This document shows positions 50,700-60,624 of a stretch of 64,000 nt of DNA, piece by piece. The stretch spans positions 28,613 through 92,612 of the IMG/VR virus record IMGVR_UViG_3300033004_000001; one strand, 5' to 3'. The stretch comes from a virus. The notes under the pieces were generated by a model. The model was not told the DNA's origin. It did not search any database and saw only the letters and a list, made by a program, of their open reading frames with translations. Made by a program: the position numbers and the translations under genes. The first letter of the stretch is position 1. Each line of letters opens with the position of its first letter.

Positions 50700-52180
50700 A
50701 AAAAAGATAAGTAGTAAAATATTACCATAACATAGACTTACCTAAGTTTACCTATACTATGAATATAGTTTAGCGCAAAGTACAAGTTTGTTCTAATCTG
50801 ATATATTTGAATAATACTTTACTACTCACTATATTTCATGCTTTGCACTTTGTTTTACTTCCCTCTGCTTGGGAATCTTCTTATGTTTTTACTTTCTGCT
50901 CTAATCCTCCTCAATTTAGACTCACTTCAGCTGCAATAGCACCAAATTTACAGTTTGGTTATGATTCTCCACCTATTTTGATTTATTAGAACATACTCAC
51001 TTTTTCGCACTTTTGTTATGCTTATATTATTCTCGAATGAATTTTCATTTTGCTCGCTGTACTACTTCTGTTTTCATACTAAAGCATAAGGACTAGTTTA
51101 ATGCGCTAACCCTCGCCTTTAATATTTAGAATAAACTTTTATAAAGCCTATATTATAAATTAGCTACTTCTGAGGTGTGTACCATTACTTCACTTCTAAG
51201 AATCAGTGCCATATTGGCTTACTTTCGTCATTACTGACCAGGTAAGATTCAGAATTTACTATTTTATTTTATAGAATCTAAATATTAAATCCAATTTAAT
51301 TATAAATCCAAAGCTACTATCTGTTTTATTGGTTCTCTTACAACAATTGGAGCTTCAAATTAAAATCCTTATTTATTAAGGCAGATTCAAATGACTAAAG
51401 TCATCTTATTATACTAGTCTCATGTAATTTGGACTTAAGGACATCGTATAACTCTAACATCATTTCATTATTATTTTATCTGCTAAGCAGATGAGATACT
51501 TTGACCTCTAATAACTTTCTATCAACCTTCACTTATTGGATTATATTTATCCATAATACTTGAACTTCTTTCAGGTTCCCTAAGTTTTTATGCAGAAGGA
51601 TGACTGTTCTTATTAGTACTGACCTAAAGGTCTAATGTCGATCGCAGATCATCTGATTATAGACTCGTATTTTATAAGTTAAAGTAGATGGGCTGGTCTT
51701 ATTTAGGAACCAGTCGATCCTTACCATACAAGCTCTTCGAAAGAGGAATTACTAGTACAGTCTACCGAGGCATTTTCCATCACTCCTATCCGGTAGTTTT
51801 CTTCACAACCTTAGTAAAGCATAGTTTCAGGAATTTCACCTTATCGTTGCCGTTATGTTGGATATAGAAGATAATTTTAAAGACTTAGTAGAAACTTGGA
51901 GCTGTAAGTCTTATAGCTTACAAAGAATCACCCGACTCTTAATTAGTATAAGATAGCTAATCAAATACTCAAGACCGACTGGCTCTACGTATTATAGTTG
52001 ATCAGACTGAAATATACTAAGACTCCAAGTTTACTTTACCTTTAGACTTATACTACTTACGTAATTTTCATACAAATCTTTAAATTATATGTTATAGTAA
52101 TTGAACCTCGAATTCGTAATTATAAGTTCGCTACAAACCATCTATAATGCTTTACAGTGCGCATTTTGAGCCTTGCTCAT
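50700..52180 (-). ncRNA. candidate ~1.5-kb structured non-coding RNA
   Basis: No credible ORF in an otherwise gene-dense genome; many local hairpins and 8-15-bp long-range complementarities (see findings). Confidence 0.5.
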
Positions 52181-52182
52181 AG

Positions 52183-53667
52183 TTACACTTCCACTATGTT
52201 ATCATTGTGATCATACTTAAACTGTTTATTCCAGATAAGTATTCTAGACACAGGTATATCTAATTTTTCAATAAAACTATTGATAATATTTTTTATTTCT
52301 TCTTCATCACTAATTTTCATGCGTTCGGCTTGTTCAAAGTCTATTCTGACTAATAAATAAGGTTCTTCTTTATCTTTTAGTGACTTTCGAATAATACATT
52401 CTTTAATGAATGGTATGTTTTTTAGAATATCTTCTATTCTTCTTGATTGAATAGTATAGTTGTTTGTTCTAGATATAAAATAGATATTTCCATCTTTATC
52501 TTTTATTCCTAAATCATTTAGACTATCGGTTAAGTAATGAATAACATTATCTATTATATAAATACCAATGATTTCTTTTCCAACTGATTCAATTTTATGT
52601 TCAGATGGATGAGAATATGTAGCTATTCCGCAAGTTTCTACAGTACCATAAGTTACTGTGTATGGAAACTTAATCTTCTTTAAGATCTTCTCTATATGTA
52701 ATGGTAAAGAAGAATTAAGAATTATTAATTTCTTTATATCTGGAAAAATTCTATGTAATCTATTATTTATAACTAATTCCTTAATCACAAATAAAGATTT
52801 ATAAGATCTTATGGATATAACTACTTTTAGTTTTTCTTTAAAAGTAATATGATCTTCAGTAATTTCTTTATACAACTGCATAAATTGATGTGCACTTAAA
52901 ATAATGATTGGCATCTTATGAGATTGTACATAAAAATGAAAGTTATAGTTAATTTCAGTAAATGGTGCTATTCTATTAGGAATTATTATTATTGTATTAC
53001 TAATTAATGGAAGTAACATCCCTAATATATAGTTATACGAAAATTGAGGATATGCAGGATACTCAGTTTTTGATTCGAATATCTCTTTATTTTTTAGTTC
53101 TCTTAACAAAACGAGGATCTTATTGAATGATATCTTTACTTCTTTTAACACATTAGGAGTATAAATGATAACATTATCTCCTTTTCCTCCGAATGTTGCA
53201 TTCCTGATAGAATGTCTTAGAACTTCATTTATATGTATACTTTTAGTACTAAGTGGTTCAATAATAGATTCAATATCTAAAATAACTCCTAAAAATAGTC
53301 TATTAAGTTCTTTTCTTCCATTGTCTTGGTTTCTATCTGTTATTAGAATATCGGCTGATAATAGACAATGTAATGCTTCTTCAATTTCTGTTAGTGGCGA
53401 TATTATTATTAAAGTATTGTTACTTAGAATTGTAGCAAGAAATACAGTAATCCATTCAATAGAGTTATTAGCATAAAGAGCTATTCTCAGTTTTTTATCT
53501 TCACAGTGAACATGTCTATATATCCAAGGAGTATTGAAACTTTTTGATAGTTCAATGACATTTCTAAATAAATCAATATATTTTATTGATTTAGTATCGT
53601 GAATAATAGCAATATCATTCCAAAAAGATTTAATTGCTATTACTATGTATCTTAATAGTTCTTCCAT
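52183..53667 (-). CDS. degenerate long-chain acyl-CoA synthetase-like (ANL/AMP-binding) protein
   Basis: IALYANNSIEW..VFLA, FPYTVTYGTVETCG, ESVGK, DLG..DKDG.IYFISR, IE..L...PFIKEC; P-loop TSGTTG missing. Confidence 0.7.
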   Translation of the reverse strand: MEELLRYIVIAIKSFWNDIAIIHDTKSIKYIDLFRNVIELSKSFNTPWIYRHVHCEDKKLRIALYANNSIEWITVFLATILSNNTLIIISPLTEIEEALHCLLSADILITDRNQDNGRKELNRLFLGVILDIESIIEPLSTKSIHINEVLRHSIRNATFGGKGDNVIIYTPNVLKEVKISFNKILVLLRELKNKEIFESKTEYPAYPQFSYNYILGMLLPLISNTIIIIPNRIAPFTEINYNFHFYVQSHKMPIIILSAHQFMQLYKEITEDHITFKEKLKVVISIRSYKSLFVIKELVINNRLHRIFPDIKKLIILNSSLPLHIEKILKKIKFPYTVTYGTVETCGIATYSHPSEHKIESVGKEIIGIYIIDNVIHYLTDSLNDLGIKDKDGNIYFISRTNNYTIQSRRIEDILKNIPFIKECIIRKSLKDKEEPYLLVRIDFEQAERMKISDEEEIKNIINSFIEKLDIPVSRILIWNKQFKYDHNDNIVEV

Positions 53668-54050
53668 TATAATTTAGATTTTTCAAATTCATAAATTACT
53701 TGAAAATTTTCTTTAGTCTCGGAACTTATTGATCCAAGTAGTCTTTCGACTTTATAAGTTTCACAGCTTGATGCTATAGTTATAATATATCTCTTAGCAT
53801 GATCATTCTTCTCTGTAATATTAGAGATAATAATAGCCATTGTTGATTGTCCAGATTCAGTTGTATCTTTGATTACAAACTCTGAATTGGGATGTTCATC
53901 TATGAACTCTTCTATTCCTTCTTGACAGCTTTTCATCTTTGATTGTTTATTAAGCTTTCCGATGGTTTTTCCTTCAACAACAAAGTTGAAAAGCCATAGT
54001 TTGAACATATGATCTAATAGCTCTTGACTATTTTTGGATGTTGTTATCAT
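53667..54050 (-). CDS. hypothetical protein
   Basis: Coupled ORF (TAATG). Confidence 0.55.
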   Translation of the reverse strand: MITTSKNSQELLDHMFKLWLFNFVVEGKTIGKLNKQSKMKSCQEGIEEFIDEHPNSEFVIKDTTESGQSTMAIIISNITEKNDHAKRYIITIASSCETYKVERLLGSISSETKENFQVIYEFEKSKL

Positions 54051-54052
54051 GG

Positions 54053-54589
54053 TTATTTATGTTTTGGTTCATCTAATAATGTATACAAATATCTATTAAT
54101 ATCTAAATCATTTCCAAATACATCTTTTTGATTTGATAATATTGGACTAATTTGATCTAGTGGATATAATGATCCTTCTAAAATATTATATATATTATCA
54201 TGATATTCTGATAAAAATAGTATATAATATCTTATAGGCCCAACTGGATTACCATATATGTCTTTATCTCTTTCAAGTTCTAGACGAATAAAACCTTGTT
54301 GCATCTCTCTTCTAGAGAATGCCCAATATTTCCAGTCTTCTTCATACCCGACAAATTTCTTATTTTGAAATAATGGTCGTAGTCTGTTTTTTATTTGTAT
54401 ACTTATTTCTAACTGTCTTTCAATATTTTCGTCTATTTGTTCTTTGTAGTATTTTTTAGTAAATAATCTTACTGGAATTCGATTAGCAAGATCTTTAGTT
54501 CCTTCGAGTTGAATTTTATTCAATTTTAGAGCAATAATAATCTTTGAAAGATAAATTATTTCTTCTATTACAGTTCTTTCTCGTTCCAT
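54053..54589 (-). CDS. hypothetical protein
   Basis: ORF track; preceded by TAACCACTAA. Confidence 0.55.
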   Translation of the reverse strand: MERERTVIEEIIYLSKIIIALKLNKIQLEGTKDLANRIPVRLFTKKYYKEQIDENIERQLEISIQIKNRLRPLFQNKKFVGYEEDWKYWAFSRREMQQGFIRLELERDKDIYGNPVGPIRYYILFLSEYHDNIYNILEGSLYPLDQISPILSNQKDVFGNDLDINRYLYTLLDEPKHK

Positions 54590-54618
54590 TTCTTTATTAA
54601 TTAGTGGTTAATAAAAAA

Positions 54619-54673
54619 GATAGAGGACGACGTCAAGCGTCAAACCATCTGATACAGCTGGCTGTCCTCTATC
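54619..54673 (-). promoter_or_regulatory. intergenic long-stem (three-way junction) element with U-tract
   Basis: GATAGAGGAC...GTCCTCTATC enclosing two small hairpins; TTTTTT follows on minus strand. Confidence 0.65.
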
Positions 54674-54694
54674 ATCAACTAATAAACTTTACGT

Positions 54695-57628
54695 TTATTT
54701 ATTCTTGTTTTCTAATAATTCTAAAGCTTTTCTTTGTTTCGCTTCTTTTTCATCAGCTTTTCGTTTAAGCATGTCTGCTTCAAAAGCTTTAGCTTCTTCA
54801 GTTTCATTGAAAGTTTTCATTTTTCTAATAACTGAAACAATATGATTCATTATTTCAGATCTTGGAGTATTATCCCACTTACGATTCTTACTTAAGTAAT
54901 TATCAATAAGTATATCCATTCTTTCAATAAAAGTTAATTTAGATTCAGTATCAAGAATTATTTCTGATATTAACTTGTTTACTACTTTCTTATCTTTCTC
55001 TTTTTCAATGAGAAGACATTTAGCAATAATACTATCACTATTCTGATTTGAAGTATTCACAGTAGCAAAAGCTTCCTTTTTTTTCAATTTTGCTTGTTCG
55101 GCAGCTAAATCTACTTTTGATTGATCCTGTACAGTTTCCTGTTGGTTTGAGTTCGCAGAATCTTCTACCTTTTCTGAGTTCCCAAGGTTTGTCTGGGACT
55201 GTTTCCCAGATAAAGCTTCCCCCAACTCAACATCTTTTTTCATGCCCGCTGCATCGGAAGCATTGACTATAACTTCCTTTAAAGTACCAGCAGGTTTCTC
55301 TGGTACATTCTTCTCCGGAGTGGATGTAGTAGGCTTTTCCTTCAATCCAGATTCTTTTGCAGACTGCTCCGCTGATTGGGAGCCTTTTACTTCCCCCAAC
55401 TTAGAAGTAGAATTTACAGAGTTCCCATCCTTTTTCTGTACTACACCAGCACTCTGTATAGTTTTGTTTGATACGTCTCCAGCTGGTAGTGGTATTACAG
55501 AATTCGAGGCAGGCTTGTCTATCATATTCGTATCTTTCACACCATCCACAGGTTGTTTCCCATCTTTCTTCTTTTGTTGTTCTGAGGTCTTCTTCCCAGG
55601 ATTGTTGGCGTTTTTTGGTTCACCACCTTTCTTCTCTGATGAGTCGTCGGCCTTTTGTGTACCAGAGGACTCTTTTCCTTTTAAAGGGCTTGTTCCAATT
55701 CCGAGCTCTTGCTCTTTATCTTTGATATATTTATCTCGGAATGTAAGCCACCAATCAAATACTTTCTTATTGTCCCAATCTTTACATTCTTTGAAGTTAC
55801 GTAAATGTTGTTGACTTAAACCACAAGCAATCATTGTTTTAGTATGAGATTTTCCATCTACTGCTGATTTGAGATCTACTTCTTCAGTATCACTCATCAT
55901 TAATTTAAGATAAGCAATAAAATCTCCTAAACTTTCACATTCAGTAGCTTCTTTCCATATTACAGGAAATTCAGTTTTAATATCAACTGGTTTTGGTAGT
56001 GGAACATGTTTAGATGTTTCAGCTGGTTTATCATCTTCTTTTTTTACTTCGTCAACGATAACAGCATCAGAAATAATACTATCACCAGATATTTCATTCC
56101 AAAGCTCTATAGCATCAAACTTCTTATTTTCTTTTTTTAACTGATGTTTATATTTCTTTAGAATCTTATTAGTAGTATCATATCCATATTTGTCATGAGC
56201 ATCGACAGCCTGTTTAACCTCTTCTCTGATTTTCTTTTCTGTTTCACTCATTTCTTTTTCTTTCTCAGCAAGTTTAATAGCTTCTTCTTCAGCTTTAGCT
56301 ACGATTTCTTCCTTTTTAGTAGGATCAGTAGCAGCAGCCGGTGGTGGAGTTACTATAGGAGTAGTAGCAACTGTAGGTTCAGGAATAATTTTATCTTTTC
56401 CTAGAAATTCGGAAGCAATTGCTGCCCATACTCCATTAATTTTAGCTTCGTCCTTCTTATGTTCATAATCAGTAACTAATTGAATTCCTTCAATAAAATA
56501 CTTACGAGTTATTATGATTTTCTTTTCTCCTAAGTTTTGATCTTTTAACATTGCAAGACACTTTGTTTTAAGATCAGCTAAGTTACCTCCTTTGAACGGA
56601 TCAACTTTTATAGGCGTTAAAGATTCTCCTGTGAATATAAACTTTTTGGAGTCAGTTGTAAGAAACTTTGCTTCTGTTTCGCTAATAGCTTCCCATTGAA
56701 TCTCACTAGATTTAATCTTTAATTCCTTGGCAACTTCAGATAATATTTCATCCTCTAGTTCTACATTAATCTTCTGAAATTCAATTATTTTATTTCTGGT
56801 TCCAATTGAAATATATCCAGGCTTACCTTTTTTTATTGTAGATTTAATATCTTTGACTGCTTGTTTAATAACATCGACTTTTGTTTTTATTATTTCTCTG
56901 GAGTTATTCAGGAAATTAACCCAGTTAACTAGGACTAAGTCTTTTAATTCTCTTCTTTCAAGATTAAGTTTAACTCCTTTACAAATAGGTAGAAGTTCAA
57001 ACATAAATTTTTCTTCAATTACCTCTCTTGGAAATCCAATTTTACTAAGTCCAAACTTTTCAGCTAAGTCGATAGAAAGATTTAATGCGTCTTCCTCTTT
57101 ACCTTCTTTGATAAGAATTGTAGCTACTTCATTAATTTTCTCCATACTATCAGCCAGAGGAATTAGTTTTTGAAGTTCAATTGAAAATTCTGCTGGAGTT
57201 CCAAAGATAACTTTTCTCTCATATCCTTGAAAATATTTATTTTTTTCTTTCTTCTCAGCAGAATCTTTTCTTGCTGGAATTTTTAGCTTACCATCTTTAG
57301 TATAGTCAGCCATCTTAACATTTTTATTAGCTTCAAAGTCAATTTCAGCTTGAAGAGCATCTGCAGATGGAGTATATAATCCAAATGACATTCTCATTAA
57401 TGCAACTTTAAAATCTGATAATTCTTGAAGATATCCAAGTTGAATTTTAGCATTTTCTACAATTTTTTTATCTGTATGTAAAGCTTGTTTTTCGTAAAAA
57501 TCAACTAAATCTGATAAATGTTTAGGATCTGTATTTACAGCATTTATTAAAATGTTACGATCTATATCTTGAACTTCTTTTAATATTTGTGATGGCATTT
57601 TTCCTGCCACTCGTAATGCAATACTCAT
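54695..57628 (-). CDS. large hypothetical protein with disordered K/E/S/Q-rich region
   Basis: 977 aa; Pro/Thr/Ala linker and ~200-aa low-complexity stretch. Confidence 0.65.
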   Translation of the reverse strand: MSIALRVAGKMPSQILKEVQDIDRNILINAVNTDPKHLSDLVDFYEKQALHTDKKIVENAKIQLGYLQELSDFKVALMRMSFGLYTPSADALQAEIDFEANKNVKMADYTKDGKLKIPARKDSAEKKEKNKYFQGYERKVIFGTPAEFSIELQKLIPLADSMEKINEVATILIKEGKEEDALNLSIDLAEKFGLSKIGFPREVIEEKFMFELLPICKGVKLNLERRELKDLVLVNWVNFLNNSREIIKTKVDVIKQAVKDIKSTIKKGKPGYISIGTRNKIIEFQKINVELEDEILSEVAKELKIKSSEIQWEAISETEAKFLTTDSKKFIFTGESLTPIKVDPFKGGNLADLKTKCLAMLKDQNLGEKKIIITRKYFIEGIQLVTDYEHKKDEAKINGVWAAIASEFLGKDKIIPEPTVATTPIVTPPPAAATDPTKKEEIVAKAEEEAIKLAEKEKEMSETEKKIREEVKQAVDAHDKYGYDTTNKILKKYKHQLKKENKKFDAIELWNEISGDSIISDAVIVDEVKKEDDKPAETSKHVPLPKPVDIKTEFPVIWKEATECESLGDFIAYLKLMMSDTEEVDLKSAVDGKSHTKTMIACGLSQQHLRNFKECKDWDNKKVFDWWLTFRDKYIKDKEQELGIGTSPLKGKESSGTQKADDSSEKKGGEPKNANNPGKKTSEQQKKKDGKQPVDGVKDTNMIDKPASNSVIPLPAGDVSNKTIQSAGVVQKKDGNSVNSTSKLGEVKGSQSAEQSAKESGLKEKPTTSTPEKNVPEKPAGTLKEVIVNASDAAGMKKDVELGEALSGKQSQTNLGNSEKVEDSANSNQQETVQDQSKVDLAAEQAKLKKKEAFATVNTSNQNSDSIIAKCLLIEKEKDKKVVNKLISEIILDTESKLTFIERMDILIDNYLSKNRKWDNTPRSEIMNHIVSVIRKMKTFNETEEAKAFEADMLKRKADEKEAKQRKALELLENKNK

Positions 57629-57858
57629 ATTTTTGATTTTATTTTGTTTGATAAGACAAATAATAATTTATACAATTAATAAAATCAATCACAAATTTGT
57701 TTAGAAGGCAACGTAACTAGGGAATTACGTTTGTTCAATTTAAAGTAATATCAACTAAAATATTTAAGTTGTATCGCTTATTTATTATTTGAAACTGTGG
57801 TGTAAAGTTGTTCTTTATACACCAATAACACCACATTTTAATATCTTTATTACTCATT

Positions 57859-58257
57859 TTAATGTTTTCTAGAGTAAAGCTTACCGTTCTTGTACTTACG
57901 AGCTTTTACTTTATCTTTTAAAAATGGAGCTTCTAATTTAAGTTTAATACTCCACTTAGGACATTTTCTTAATTCTATTCCAAACTGTATAATTTTGGTA
58001 TTAGTAGAATTATATTGTTTTCTAGCTATTCTTTTAGTTTGAGCAATAGCTGATTCAAAACTAGTAGCAGTGATATTCTCAATAGAAAACTTAGAAGGTA
58101 TTTCAGAAATCTTATTTCCTTTTCTTCTAACTTCTATGAATATTCTTTCGTGTCCATCTGATCCTATTCCTACAATAAAATTATCTTTAGTTTGATAATT
58201 TCTTTTAGGTTTAGGATCTTCAATATCTTTTTTCTTAGTAATTAGTGGTTTTTTCAT
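57859..58257 (-). CDS. basic hypothetical protein (starts MKKPLI)
   Basis: ATG at 58257 avoids overlap with upstream gene. Confidence 0.55.
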   Translation of the reverse strand: MKKPLITKKKDIEDPKPKRNYQTKDNFIVGIGSDGHERIFIEVRRKGNKISEIPSKFSIENITATSFESAIAQTKRIARKQYNSTNTKIIQFGIELRKCPKWSIKLKLEAPFLKDKVKARKYKNGKLYSRKH

Positions 58258-58267
58258 AATTAGTAAA

Positions 58268-58789
58268 TTAATATTGATCAGCAAGACTCCATATCATACA
58301 TCCAGCTATAAAGGTAATTATAAAGAATAAAACCTGAATTAGTCCAATCCAATCCCATAACCAAAAATAATATTCTTTACCCCATATACCTCGAAATACT
58401 TGGAGCGTTTCTTTAGCTTCTTCTCCTTGTTCTTGCTTAGTTATTTGTTCAATAGCAGTATTATATTGAAATGATGTTATATCCATTCCTGCAATTTCAT
58501 GTAGTCTTAGTTGTAGACTTTTAATAGCCTCAAAATTCTTATCGAAGCTATTATTTGCAGTTTGTAAATATAACGCATTATATTTTCCTTGAAGTCCTGA
58601 ATTTTCAAGGTTAGTTACAAATTTATCTATTCCTTCTAGTTTTTTTGGAATAGTAGATGCTTTATCTGCTAAATCCCAGTAAGAAGAATACTCTTTTTCA
58701 TATTTATAATTACTAATAATTCCATTATAAGTATCAAGTCCTAACATAAAAAGACTTATGAATGTTATAATAATTCCAGTTATTTTCAT
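58268..58789 (-). CDS. membrane protein (N- and C-terminal TM)
   Basis: Two hydrophobic segments flanking a helical domain. Confidence 0.6.
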   Translation of the reverse strand: MKITGIIITFISLFMLGLDTYNGIISNYKYEKEYSSYWDLADKASTIPKKLEGIDKFVTNLENSGLQGKYNALYLQTANNSFDKNFEAIKSLQLRLHEIAGMDITSFQYNTAIEQITKQEQGEEAKETLQVFRGIWGKEYYFWLWDWIGLIQVLFFIITFIAGCMIWSLADQY

Positions 58790-58862
58790 TTTGATTTATT
58801 TTTTGATTATTGCTTACTAAGGCATCAGCTTTCCATATCTTGATTTAATTAATTTTATAAGA

Positions 58863-58920
58863 TAAGGAGACCGGATATGAGATGTTTAATAAAATCAAAC
58901 AGATCATCCGACCTCCCTTA
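58863..58920 (-). promoter_or_regulatory. long intergenic hairpin
   Basis: Minus TAAGGGAGGTCGGATGA...TCATATCCGGTCTCCTTA, G-U compatible on minus strand. Confidence 0.6.
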
Positions 58921-58975
58921 CCACTTCCACTAATTAAAAAATGAGGTTTAGTATCTTATCCGAGCAAAGCTCGTT

Positions 58976-59182
58976 TTAGTAAATTAGTGAAGTGCCCTCA
59001 TCTAGTGGCCGATGATCATCATTTTCAAAATCAAAGTCTATGAGATCATCTGGAAGTTTATCTGTTGATAATTCTTTGATTTGTTCAACTTCCTTGTCAA
59101 TATCAGATTGTACTTCATCTGTAAATTCATTTTGAAGTACTTTTCTGAGTTCTCTACGATTCTTTTTATTTTTTGGTGACAT
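58976..59182 (-). CDS. small protein, basic N-terminus/acidic C-terminus
   Basis: TAACCACT motif abuts ATG. Confidence 0.5.
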   Translation of the reverse strand: MSPKNKKNRRELRKVLQNEFTDEVQSDIDKEVEQIKELSTDKLPDDLIDFDFENDDHRPLDEGTSLIY

Positions 59183-59201
59183 AGTGGTTAGGTGTTAAAA
59201 G

Positions 59202-59561
59202 TTAAATTATTGATATTTTAGCTCCTAAATTTTCAAGTTCAGTCTTCATTGACTCAGCTTCTTCTTTAGAAGTATTTTCTTTTAGTTTAACCGGAATGTT
59301 TGACTCAATTAAAGCTTTAGCTTCCATAAGAGTCAAAGTAGACATATTTTTATAAGCTTTTACAACTGCTAATTTTTGACCTCCAACTTCTTGTAAAAGT
59401 ACAGTAAATGTAGATTTTACTTCAACTGTTTCAGTAGCTTTTTCTACTAAAATCGGCTCAGGAGCTTTATATCCATAGACATTTATAAGCTCGTTAGATA
59501 ATTCAATGACTTCTTCCTTTGATAGATCATTGATGGCTTTTGCTATTTCTTTTGGTGTCAT
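59202..59561 (-). CDS. rplL: ribosomal protein bL12 (L7/L12)
   Basis: N-terminal dimerization helix (LS..EVIEL...L...YG), KSTFTVLL.EVGGQKLAVVK, L.LMEAKALIE, KE..SKEEAE.MK.ELE.LGAKI. Confidence 0.9.
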   Translation of the reverse strand: MTPKEIAKAINDLSKEEVIELSNELINVYGYKAPEPILVEKATETVEVKSTFTVLLQEVGGQKLAVVKAYKNMSTLTLMEAKALIESNIPVKLKENTSKEEAESMKTELENLGAKISII

Positions 59562-59567
59562 TGTAAA

Positions 59568-59825
59568 TTATTTATGAAGGTTTGTAAATAAGTTTTGTAA
59601 AGGACTTTGTAATATGTGTAAAATATTACCTAGAGCTTTTTTCTTTTCAGTTGATATAGGAGTTTTGAAATAACCCCATTCAGCAGTTAAGAATATATCT
59701 GGAAATACAGATTTGTATTCTGATATTGTTTTGTCAAGATCCCAGTAATTATCTGTAACTATTAAAGTTACTGGTTTTTTATCGTCTATTAGTTGACCAA
59801 TTAATTTAATTTTTTCTTCTTTCAT
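59568..59825 (-). CDS. hypothetical protein
   Basis: AAACCACTAATT directly before ATG. Confidence 0.55.
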   Translation of the reverse strand: MKEEKIKLIGQLIDDKKPVTLIVTDNYWDLDKTISEYKSVFPDIFLTAEWGYFKTPISTEKKKALGNILHILQSPLQNLFTNLHK

Positions 59826-59840
59826 AATTAGTGGTTTATA

Positions 59841-60308
59841 TTAAAATTTAAATCCAAATCCAATTTTAGTACTCCATAATATTATATCTTCATCCATAGT
59901 TACATAGAATCTTTTAGTTATCTCAACTAATATTGAAACTCCATAACTATTCTTCCAATGTTGATGATTTACAGTATTATAGGAGTAGAATATAGATGCT
60001 ATTAATCCGTCTCTTTTACTGCATGGATCTTCTTTGAAGTAATATCCTAACCCAATTTGATATTGAGTTAGAATAACTTTAGAATATGTAAAGTCATCTT
60101 TATTATAATACCAAGGTTTACCAATAGAATATGATGTGTTGATATCAATATTCTTAGTAACTAGATCAATTCTAGGGCCTCCAGTTATAATACAAGGATC
60201 AAATTGTAATCCTGTATAAACTGATTGAGAATTACATTTTGATGGTACAAATAGACATGTAATTACTATTAATAGTAATACAGTCCATGCAATTAGTGGT
60301 TTTTTCAT
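59841..60308 (-). CDS. small outer-membrane beta-barrel-like protein with signal peptide
   Basis: MKKPLIAWTVLLLIVITCLFVPSKCNS|Q signal; amphipathic strands; C-terminal WSTKIGFGFKF beta-signal. Confidence 0.6.
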   Translation of the reverse strand: MKKPLIAWTVLLLIVITCLFVPSKCNSQSVYTGLQFDPCIITGGPRIDLVTKNIDINTSYSIGKPWYYNKDDFTYSKVILTQYQIGLGYYFKEDPCSKRDGLIASIFYSYNTVNHQHWKNSYGVSILVEITKRFYVTMDEDIILWSTKIGFGFKF

Positions 60309-60312
60309 AATT

Positions 60313-60576
60313 TTACAGATTAGAAATTTTATCCCAGTAGTCGAATCCTTCTGGGGAATTAATCCAGTTAAAAGCATGGCTTATAAACTCGCTCCAATTT
60401 TTAGAGTTTTCAAATCTTTCTTTATACTTCATCCTCTTGTAATTCATTTCCATTATATTTAGATTTGGAAGTATAGTCCATTTAGGATTTCTTAGATTTT
60501 TTATAAACTTAGTTTTGATTTTAAGTTTTTTGAGTTTCTTCTCAAATTCTGGTTTAAAAATAATAGTTTTTGACAT
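60313..60576 (-). CDS. hypothetical protein
   Basis: Likely start MSKTII after AAACCACTAA; AF.W..SPEGFDYW motif. Confidence 0.55.
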   Translation of the reverse strand: MSKTIIFKPEFEKKLKKLKIKTKFIKNLRNPKWTILPNLNIMEMNYKRMKYKERFENSKNWSEFISHAFNWINSPEGFDYWDKISNL

Positions 60577-60624
60577 ATTGTTATAATTTAGTGGTTTAGT
60601 TAAAATATAATTTTTCATTACATA

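Noticed and set aside
50807-50989. 60-aa + strand ORF within the non-coding interval
   Set aside because: TTG start, opposite to the transcription direction of the block, arises from a pyrimidine-rich tract; no motif
51598-51770. Group I intron P7-like pairing on minus strand (UAGACUG / AAGAA-CAGUCA)
   Set aside because: J6/7 and J8/7 do not fit consensus, P3/P4/P6 could not be identified, and no flanking gene appears split; cmsearch with RF00028 would settle it
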